A stretch of 40,000 bases of DNA, taken from the NCBI RefSeq assembly GCF_002866065.1, contig NZ_LNJZ01000008.1:106346-146345 (forward strand), given 5' to 3'. The translations under genes were made by a program, and so were the position numbers. This document shows, piece by piece, positions 22,500 to 29,601 of the stretch (within the stretch, counting starts at the first letter, position 1; each line of letters opens with the position of its first letter). This stretch comes from Thiopseudomonas denitrificans. Lineage in GTDB: Bacteria; Pseudomonadota; Gammaproteobacteria; Pseudomonadales; Pseudomonadaceae. The notes under the pieces are model-generated. The model was given only the letters and a program-made list of their open reading frames with translations, was not told the DNA's origin and made no database searches.

Positions 22500-23525
22500 T
22501 CAGTAATCGCATATACCTCTTAGGATTTTTCGCCTAGGCAAAAAAAATTGATCTGTCAGTGTCCGCATATAGTTACTTATTTTTCTGTCGTCTTCGTTGA
22601 CGCCCCGCCAAGAGAATGGGACATTTGTGTTTTGCAAGCTCTCGATAAAAGTGACTTGTGTCAAGGCTAAAAATATCCTTGCATAATTTGAGGGCTCATT
22701 AAAATCGTTTCTTAACAAGTGAACCACGAGGTGACGATTAAAACCATTCAAGCTGCCGCCTCTATGACTTGACTTGTATAGTACACCGCTAAAAAATAGA
22801 CGAAAAGCATTGATAACATCACATTGGGGATTGGTATGCGTAAAGAAATCAATCTCTACTTGTTTGTTATATCCTTTTCCGGGGTGCCATACATATTGGG
22901 ATAAGCGGCCTCTGCCCCATGTCAAGATTAATTCTTTGAGGCCTTTTTCAAATTCTGCTGCACTAACATTAGATGGATCTTTGTTAAGCACCTTTCTCTG
23001 GATGTTCCTTAAGCCGGCCTCAAATACAGGGAACAAGGACATGATCGCAATATGATCAAGCCCTAAATAATAGGCCTCGATCGACTCAAAGATGATTGTT
23101 TTATACTCGCTGAAGGATTCGCTTGCGCAGAGATATTTATTGAAGTATGCGGCTGCAATTTCTGAAGTGAATGTTTCGTGCAGCCATAAGTTTGCTTCAT
23201 TGAGTGGTTTTTGTGAATTCTGTATGCGATGAATGTCTTTTACTAAAGTTCCTTCGCCTACATAGAGGGGTACAGGTATTGCTAAATCTAGCATTCGCTC
23301 TTGCAGGCCAGTAACACGCCCCCATCGGCTATTTAAATATCGTATTGGTCGCTCAGTTACAAAACATAATCCTTCATCCGTCTGGATTGAAAAGCCATTT
23401 CTTCCGATGTTAGAGGCTGTGACTTCAACCTCAATAGAGTTGCACTTCCTGAATGCACTCTGAATTTGCTCGATTGTGAGCTTTGGTTGCCGGCAAAGTT
23501 TTCTTAATGTGTTCTCATACTTCAT
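22500..23525 (-). CDS. cassette-borne hypothetical protein (341 aa)
   Basis: AT-rich ORF bounded by attC core sites. It contains the Rx4H-type motif FNRHLVVH. No family is recognised. Confidence 0.7.
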   Translation of the reverse strand: MKYENTLRKLCRQPKLTIEQIQSAFRKCNSIEVEVTASNIGRNGFSIQTDEGLCFVTERPIRYLNSRWGRVTGLQERMLDLAIPVPLYVGEGTLVKDIHRIQNSQKPLNEANLWLHETFTSEIAAAYFNKYLCASESFSEYKTIIFESIEAYYLGLDHIAIMSLFPVFEAGLRNIQRKVLNKDPSNVSAAEFEKGLKELILTWGRGRLSQYVWHPGKGYNKQVEIDFFTHTNPQCDVINAFRLFFSGVLYKSSHRGGSLNGFNRHLVVHLLRNDFNEPSNYARIFLALTQVTFIESLQNTNVPFSWRGVNEDDRKISNYMRTLTDQFFLPRRKILRGICDY

Positions 23526-23541
23526 TTGCGGGCTTCCAATC

Positions 23542-23631
23542 GCTTAACGCCGCACACAAGGGCGGCCAAATAAGTGTAGCGTTTTGGCTGTCCCAGCGAC
23601 CAACGGGAGCGATTGCTGTGCCTTGTTAGGC
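23542..23631 (-). other. attC of cassette 2 (90 bp)
   Basis: The minus strand runs from GCCTAAC (whose TAA is the stop of the 166-aa ORF) to GCGGCGTTAAGC. The ends fit RYYYAAC and GTTRRRY. Confidence 0.7.
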
Positions 23632-24126
23632 TTCACTATCGCCAACGAATTCAGTCACTTCTAATAGCTTATCCATTAACTCACGCATAATAACCCCCAG
23701 CTCATGAATTTCTTGGGTGTATTTTTGAATTTCATCGAAAACAAAGGTTTTACATTCTATTTTTGGCGCCTTTACTTTGATTGATTGCCTCAAGAATTGA
23801 AGCGTTTGATCATCGTTGATTTTAACCAAGTGTCCATGCAGCAACCAATTTCTATAATCTGCTAATTCTGACATCTGCTCGAAGTATGGTAAGTAAGGGC
23901 TTAAAAACTCCATCTGCTTTTTTTCTTTAACGCCCTCTATCAAGTATTTAAGCTTCGCCGAGAAGGTCTTCGGCCTGCGGTCCTCTAGTGATTTACCTTC
24001 AAAATAAATGTGAGTCAGCGAAATACATCCGTCCACAATTAGTTCAAGGTATGACCAGGAAAGAGTGAGCCTACCGATGCATTCAGCAATTGCTCGTCGT
24101 CTTTGAGTATTAATATCTTCGCTCAT
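23626..24126 (-). CDS. cassette-borne hypothetical protein (166 aa) with a HEPN-like RNxxxH motif
   Basis: The ORF starts 3 nt after core site GTTAGGC and its stop lies inside the next attC. The motif is LADYRNWLLHGH. Confidence 0.7.
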   Translation of the reverse strand: MSEDINTQRRRAIAECIGRLTLSWSYLELIVDGCISLTHIYFEGKSLEDRRPKTFSAKLKYLIEGVKEKKQMEFLSPYLPYFEQMSELADYRNWLLHGHLVKINDDQTLQFLRQSIKVKAPKIECKTFVFDEIQKYTQEIHELGVIMRELMDKLLEVTEFVGDSEA

Positions 24127-24128
24127 TA

Positions 24129-24188
24129 GCCTAACACATAAGTTAAGCCGCGCCGCGAAGCGGCGTCGGCTTGAATGAATTGTTAGCC
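24129..24188 (-). other. attC of cassette 3 (60 bp, aadA1-type)
   Basis: The minus strand reads GGCTAACAATTCATTCAAGCCGACGCCGCTTCGCGGCGCGGCTTAACTTATGTGTTAGGC. It is 54/60 identical to the aadA1 attC at 24760-24819. Confidence 0.85.
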
Positions 24189-24201
24189 ATCCTCAGCAGA
24201 T

Positions 24202-24750
24202 TCACCAGCCCCAATCCCGTTTGTCCGTGCGGTAAGTATTCGTCGTGCCTTGCAGCACTTGTGGATTGGCCTGGATGTAGTCCCACGCAACATCCGTGAT
24301 GTTGTGGGCGAAGCCTTCCACCAGACTTCCGGTTGAGGCGGAACGATAAATGATGCGGTTTGCCACCAAGCCTTGCACTACCCCATCATTGATTTTGAGC
24401 ATGTTGGCGCGGGTTTCTTTGGCGAAGTAGTACCGTAGTATTTGCTTCTCGTCTTCATTCAATGAAGATAGTTTTTTAACTATATGTCTCCGCACACGAC
24501 GCTCGAATATTCGTTCCAAAATCCATACCCAACAAGCTCCAATAGCAGAGACGCCCCAGAGAGTGGCACTAACAAGAAACGTCAGGCCGAGCCATTGGCG
24601 ATGCGTTTCTGCGAAAGCATTGATGCCGATCCGCTGGAGCCAAGCGTCCGGAAGAAACAATAAGGCGCCAGCAATGAGGGCGACCGCGATAAGGTAACGC
24701 GGCGCAAGCTTAAGGAACTCAAGGGCTGTTTTGGCGAAGTCGGCAAGCAT
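24202..24750 (-). CDS. cassette-borne membrane protein resembling superinfection exclusion protein B (SieB family)
   Basis: 182-aa ORF with two N-terminal TM segments (LKLAPRYLIAVALIAGALLFLPDAW and LGLTFLVSATLWGVSAIGACWVWIL) and a soluble C-terminal domain. The layout and N-terminal pattern match my recollection of Pfam SieB. Confidence 0.5.
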   Translation of the reverse strand: MLADFAKTALEFLKLAPRYLIAVALIAGALLFLPDAWLQRIGINAFAETHRQWLGLTFLVSATLWGVSAIGACWVWILERIFERRVRRHIVKKLSSLNEDEKQILRYYFAKETRANMLKINDGVVQGLVANRIIYRSASTGSLVEGFAHNITDVAWDYIQANPQVLQGTTNTYRTDKRDWGW

Positions 24751-24759
24751 ATGATTGAT

Positions 24760-24819
24760 GGCTAACGCTTGAGTTAAGCCGCGCCGCGAAGCGGCGTCGG
24801 CTTGAACGAATTGTTAGAC
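24760..24819 (-). other. attC (59-be) of the aadA1 cassette
   Basis: The minus strand reads GTCTAACAATTCGTTCAAGCCGACGCCGCTTCGCGGCGCGGCTTAACTCAAGCGTTAGCC. This is the canonical aadA1 attC as I remember it. Confidence 0.9.
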
Positions 24820-24820
24820 A

Positions 24821-25612
24821 TTATTTGCCGACTACCTTGGTGATCTCGCCTTTCACGTAGTGAACAAATTCTTCCAACTGATCTGCGCGCGAGGCCAAGC
24901 GATCTTCTTCTTGTCCAAGATAAGCCTGTCTAGCTTCAAGTATGACGGGCTGATACTGGGCCGGCAGGCGCTCCATTGCCCAGTCGGCAGCGACATCCTT
25001 CGGCGCGATTTTGCCGGTTACTGCGCTGTACCAAATGCGGGACAACGTAAGCACTACATTTCGCTCATCGCCAGCCCAGTCGGGCGGCGAGTTCCATAGC
25101 GTTAAGGTTTCATTTAGCGCCTCAAATAGATCCTGTTCAGGAACCGGATCAAAGAGTTCCTCCGCCGCTGGACCTACCAAGGCAACGCTATGTTCTCTTG
25201 CTTTTGTCAGCAAGATAGCCAGATCAATGTCGATCGTGGCTGGCTCGAAGATACCTGCAAGAATGTCATTGCGCTGCCATTCTCCAAATTGCAGTTCGCG
25301 CTTAGCTGGATAACGCCACGGAATGATGTCGTCGTGCACAACAATGGTGACTTCTACAGCGCGGAGAATCTCGCTCTCTCCAGGGGAAGCCGAAGTTTCC
25401 AAAAGGTCGTTGATCAAAGCTCGCCGCGTTGTTTCATCAAGCCTTACGGTCACCGTAACCAGCAAATCAATATCACTGTGTGGCTTCAGGCCGCCATCCA
25501 CTGCGGAGCCGTACAAATGTACGGCCAGCAACGTCGGTTCGAGATGGCGCTCGATGACGCCAACTACCTCTGATAGTTGAGTCGATACTTCGGCGATCAC
25601 CGCTTCCCTCAT
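24821..25612 (-). CDS. aadA1: aminoglycoside (3'')(9) adenylyltransferase AadA1, conferring streptomycin/spectinomycin resistance
   Basis: Part of ORF 24821..25624, trimmed to MREAVIAEVSTQLSEVVGVIERHLEPTLLAVHLYGSAVDGGLKPHSDIDLLV...EFVHYVKGEITKVVGK (263 aa). It matches the remembered AadA1 sequence along its whole length. The cassette boundary G|TTAAACATCATGAGG is intact. Confidence 0.95.
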   Translation of the reverse strand: MREAVIAEVSTQLSEVVGVIERHLEPTLLAVHLYGSAVDGGLKPHSDIDLLVTVTVRLDETTRRALINDLLETSASPGESEILRAVEVTIVVHDDIIPWRYPAKRELQFGEWQRNDILAGIFEPATIDIDLAILLTKAREHSVALVGPAAEELFDPVPEQDLFEALNETLTLWNSPPDWAGDERNVVLTLSRIWYSAVTGKIAPKDVAADWAMERLPAQYQPVILEARQAYLGQEEDRLASRADQLEEFVHYVKGEITKVVGK

Positions 25613-25681
25613 GATGTTTAACATGTATTAGACCGCCTTCCACATAAGCCAATCACCGTGAAGGCGGTATAACCCGATGCG
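25613..25681 (-). other. attC-like site abutting the 5' boundary of the aadA1 cassette
   Basis: The minus strand reads TTATACC-GCCTTC..(19-nt loop)..GAAGGC-GGTCTAA-TACAT-G|TTAAAC. The L boxes are 6/7 complementary, with a 9-bp stem ACCGCCTTC/GAAGGCGGT. The outer R box is degenerate (GTCGCAT). It is not the class 1 attI1 sequence. Confidence 0.4.
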
Positions 25682-26195
25682 ACTAAATCTCTATTTATCG
25701 ATTAAAGCATAGGGGTCAACCACTTACAAGACCATATTTTTAATAGATTATTTTCGCTTGACCTACCCCCAGCAGAACACTGCTTCTCCATATAGCAAAA
25801 GGAAATTGCTACGCCCCAGCCCTCTACCTCTAGTAAACGCTGAAAAAATACGCTTTCAAGCAATACCATCTACCACTCCACCAGCTGGTCAGCCTTAGTC
25901 GCCACGCCATATTTCACGCTGCTATCCAGAGCAGCGAGTTTTATCTTGCTCAGTCAGACGCAGGTCTTCAGTGAACAAACTACTTTTGGTTTCCGCCAAA
26001 GGCAATATCAGGCAATAGCTTGACGCAGACCCAGATGCAGCTGGAAATACAGGCCTAGTCGCCTGTGAGGCCAAGCATTTACGTGAAACGGCCAGTCCTG
26101 GATAAAAGCCAAACTGGCTTCTATCTAGTAAATCCTCACCTAAACGTGCACACTCTATCCCCATAATTTTCCACGATATTTTACAAGGAGTCGTT

Positions 26196-26747
26196 ATGTC
26201 TTCTCTGAGCCAGATCTTGCAAAGCTTTCGTGATCAAGCCGTATCCGAACGAGATAAAGGTACGGATTTTGAGCACTTGTGCATGGTGTACCTGCGTAAC
26301 GAGCCGATGTACAAAGATTTGTATCGGGAAGTCATGACCTATGGTCAGTGGGCAGAATCTGAAGGTCTTAGCCAGAAAGACACTGGGATTGATTTGGTTG
26401 CCATCACCTTTCTGGATGAGGTGCACGCAATCCAATGCAAAAACTATGCGCCGGAATACAAGATTGCCAAGTCCGACATCGACAGCTTTTTTACCGCATC
26501 AGGCAAAGCCACCTTCAGTCACCGGGTCATCATCACCACCACTAATAACTGGACCCAAAACGCCAGTGATGCCCTGGAAAACCAAAACCCTCCCGTCAGC
26601 ACAATCAAGCTTTCCGACCTTGAGCAGAGTCTAATCGACTGGGATCAGTTCAAAGTTGATGCCGCACCGGTATTCAAGGCCCAGAAAACACAACGTGAAC
26701 ATCAGGTTACCGCTAAAAGCGCAACCATCACTGTAGTAGCTGAATAA
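26196..26747 (+). pseudogene. N-terminal fragment of an Mrr-like endonuclease-helicase fusion gene
   Basis: The 183-aa ORF has the pattern FRDQAVSERDKGTDFEHLC, DTGIDLVA, AIQCKNY and DIDSFFTASGK, typical of the Mrr_cat_2-type N-terminal domain of large DEAD/DEAH helicase restriction proteins. It ends just after the REHQ motif where the helicase domain should begin. Confidence 0.55.
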
Positions 26748-26783
26748 AAACGGATGCCGACGTATTGGGCTGTATCAAACCCT

Positions 26784-26978
26784 CTACATAGCAACTCTGT
26801 TGCGGTCAGCTAGTCCAATCACCTTGATGTCCAGAGCTTTGCATTTTTCCAGCAAAGCCTGGTTATATTCGGCTTCGTCCATACCGTGATCATTGCCACG
26901 GTATGCACCGTTGTAACTCACAGGGTTAACCTGGAGGGCGCAACGCCAAAAGCGAGCATAGGTGTATTGATCCGACAT
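26784..26978 (-). pseudogene. 64-codon N-terminal fragment of a gene downstream of res (PHP-like N-terminus of a large ATPase family)
   Basis: The ORF reads MSDQYTYARFWRCALQVNPVSYNGAYRGNDHGMDEAEYNQALLEKCKALDIKVIGLADRNRVAM-stop. It is on the same strand as res and starts 31 nt after it. The pattern resembles N-termini of long PHP-domain/AAA ATPase proteins as I recall them. The ORF ends abruptly. Confidence 0.35.
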
Positions 26979-27009
26979 ACGATAGACCCCAATTCATGTT
27001 TTTTGAATG

Positions 27010-29598
27010 CTAATAGTCTTCAGCAATTGAGTCGCCAAACAAGCTGCCAGCATCTGCTGCTGCACCGATTTGCTTCCGTACCTCGGCTTTGGTCAGATCA
27101 AGCACACGGAGCTTACCCTTCACCTCGGCCACCGACTCGATACGGCGGTATGCACTGGCGTGGTTCTCTGCATACATCGCGAGGCCTTGCAGCTTGGGCA
27201 ATGCATCGGCTAGGTGGAGCCCGTGAGGATCTACAATGTCCGCGACGACTTGGCCATCTTGCTCGGCAAAGAAGATGAAATCCGGGCGCAGGATTTTGTA
27301 TTGGCCAGCTTCCTGGTAGGCGATCCCCAGTGAGGACTGCCCTGGCTGCTGCGGGTTGCGATACCAAGACGTGAAACCCGGCCTGGCCGCTTCAGTCTCG
27401 ACAACGGTACATTCCCAGTCATTCATGTCAGCCGGGTACTTGCCTGCTTGATCGCATAGCAAGTGACTATCCCAGACCGGGAAGACTCTCACCTTTCCAT
27501 TTTCGTTCGCCTTGGTCGCCTCATAACGGGCCTCTGGCTTCAGCAACCCTGCGTCTTGCGGCTCCGTGCTCATTTCGATGATCTGCCGATAGGATTCCCT
27601 TCGATCATCACTCAGGACCTTGATCTGCTCCCGATACTTGGACAACCAGGCCTTCGCCAGTTTGTCCGCCTCAGCATCGAAATAAGCCTGTGCCTCCATA
27701 ACCAGGCCCAAGCCAGCAACGGTTACGCGAGCTTCAACGATGGCTTCCAGGAATGCTTCCGGGTCATCATCCCGGTCGGCCTCCTGGCTTGCCAAATGGT
27801 CAACATAAGAATGGGCAATCGCAGGGCTGAAAATGCGCGCTGCACGGCGGTAGGCGTCGTCGATTACCGCCACGTCGGCATCTTCCCAGAACTGTTCCAG
27901 GCTGCGGCCCTTGCCCAGCATGTCCGCTTTCACGGTCTTGCCGTCCACAACCAACACGGACTGCCGCTTATCCTTGATCTTGGCTGCGTTGTCGGCCTGA
28001 AACTTATCCAGGGCTGCGTGCATTTCGGCATGGGCCAGCCTGCCTGCACCAGGGAGGATATCGTCGGACGCCAACTCATGGGCCAGCGCAGTCAACCTGA
28101 CAGCAGGCTTGGCACCACGCTGCGGGCGTGTCTGCGAAGGTAACGCCTCGAATGCCTCCCACACGGCAGGCGAAACAGCGGGATTTGGCACCACTTCAAT
28201 GTAGTCAATCAAGACGCGACCTGGCGTTGCCGCCTCGCTGCCGGTCGTCAACTCATCGACCACCTGCTCCACAGCCTTGCGATTGAATTTAGGCAGCAAG
28301 CAGTCCACCGCATTCAAGCGGTCATTCCCAGGGATACGGCGAGCCAGTGGCGACCGCACCAGACGGCCCAACAACTGCGTAATGTGGGTCTTGTCCTTGG
28401 CTGCACGGAAAGACACCATGACCTCGGCACGCGGGCAATCCCAGCCTGTGCTGATAGCATCCTTGGCAATCAAAACCCGCACCCAGGTTGACTCCTCGAC
28501 TCGCTGAGGCTCGATATAAGGCACGTCTCGGTTTCCGAACCGTTGGGTGGTGTGATCGCCAAAAACATGCGCCACACTGGCAGAAGGCAACTCAGGGTAG
28601 CGCTCAAAAATGGTATCCAGCGCCCGCCCGATTTCATCGGGGTCAGGCGTGTTGGGAACCTGCAAAACCATCAACGGCACGACAATATGGGCTTCCTGCT
28701 GTTGCTTGGAGTAAGCAGCCCAAGCAGCTGTGGACTCTTTCAACTTGTCGGTCGCTCGACGCACCAGAACGGTATCGAAGTCACCAACATTGTCCGGTAT
28801 ATCCAGCAGGATGGTGTCTTTGATAAGGCCTGACTCTTGAACCTTGGAGGCATCAACTTCAACATTGGGCAGCTTGATATGCTTGCCTGCCGACTCAATC
28901 GCCTTGTTGAATCGCTCCACCGTGGCCGAGATACCCCATACCGCTGGAATGCCGGGCACGCTGCCCACGCCATTGATAAGCCGTTGGACGATAGTGCTCT
29001 TGGCGTTCTGGCTAGCTGCCGTCTGTGTTCCCATGCCTCGGTGCGCCTCATCCAGCACGAGATACAGCGTCAAATCCGGGTCTTCAATGGTATTCTGTAT
29101 GGTGTCCCAAATGGTGTACGCACGCAGATCGGGGCGCATGTTGGGAAAAGTACCATCCAACTTGGCTGCCATTTCCTCAGGATCATGTCCGCGCACCAGA
29201 AGACTGTTTTTGCTGAGTTTCTGGGTATTGAGAAAGTAGATTTTCCCTGCCTGGAACTTCGGCCTGTTGAAGGTGTTTTCTACCACAACCAAGTCGGTAT
29301 AGTTGATACGGTCACTGACCTCGATGAAGCGAAAGCGTGTCTGCTCATTCAGCGATGGGTCGTCGCTGAACCAGATTACTACTGCGCCAGGGTCGGCATC
29401 AAAGCTGAACTCGTCGTCACCATGAAACAGCGCCTCGAACGTGGCAGCAGCCATTACCGTTTTACCCGCGCCAGTTACCGCTGTAAGCGAGAACGCAGTC
29501 CTGTCGGCCTCGCCATGCCAAAGGCGGCGAGCCTTGCCCAGGTTATTCAAGGAGTCGCGGACGGCGTCGCGCTGATAGTCTTTGAGCGTGAACTTCAT
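27010..29598 (-). CDS. res: Type III restriction enzyme, Res subunit (SF2 helicase-nuclease)
   Basis: 862-aa ORF with Walker A AVTGAGKTVMAA and DEAH box LVLDEAHRG. Its ATG lies 3 nt after the mod stop and is preceded by GGAGAA. Confidence 0.85.
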   Translation of the reverse strand: MKFTLKDYQRDAVRDSLNNLGKARRLWHGEADRTAFSLTAVTGAGKTVMAAATFEALFHGDDEFSFDADPGAVVIWFSDDPSLNEQTRFRFIEVSDRINYTDLVVVENTFNRPKFQAGKIYFLNTQKLSKNSLLVRGHDPEEMAAKLDGTFPNMRPDLRAYTIWDTIQNTIEDPDLTLYLVLDEAHRGMGTQTAASQNAKSTIVQRLINGVGSVPGIPAVWGISATVERFNKAIESAGKHIKLPNVEVDASKVQESGLIKDTILLDIPDNVGDFDTVLVRRATDKLKESTAAWAAYSKQQQEAHIVVPLMVLQVPNTPDPDEIGRALDTIFERYPELPSASVAHVFGDHTTQRFGNRDVPYIEPQRVEESTWVRVLIAKDAISTGWDCPRAEVMVSFRAAKDKTHITQLLGRLVRSPLARRIPGNDRLNAVDCLLPKFNRKAVEQVVDELTTGSEAATPGRVLIDYIEVVPNPAVSPAVWEAFEALPSQTRPQRGAKPAVRLTALAHELASDDILPGAGRLAHAEMHAALDKFQADNAAKIKDKRQSVLVVDGKTVKADMLGKGRSLEQFWEDADVAVIDDAYRRAARIFSPAIAHSYVDHLASQEADRDDDPEAFLEAIVEARVTVAGLGLVMEAQAYFDAEADKLAKAWLSKYREQIKVLSDDRRESYRQIIEMSTEPQDAGLLKPEARYEATKANENGKVRVFPVWDSHLLCDQAGKYPADMNDWECTVVETEAARPGFTSWYRNPQQPGQSSLGIAYQEAGQYKILRPDFIFFAEQDGQVVADIVDPHGLHLADALPKLQGLAMYAENHASAYRRIESVAEVKGKLRVLDLTKAEVRKQIGAAADAGSLFGDSIAEDY

Positions 29599-29601
29599 CC
29601 G

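Noticed and set aside
25682-26195. Looked for an intI gene remnant, attI1 or Pc promoter upstream of the cassette array. This included ORF 25922-26164 (80 aa, minus strand).
   Set aside because: All plus-strand frames are full of stops. There are no tyrosine-recombinase motifs and no attI1 sequence. The 80-aa ORF has no recognisable features and odd composition.
26960-26995. GGGGTCTATCG on the minus strand, resembling the GGGGTCT start of Tn3-family terminal inverted repeats.
   Set aside because: Only 7 nt match and no partner repeat was found. The position is better explained as the SD/leader of the 64-codon ORF.
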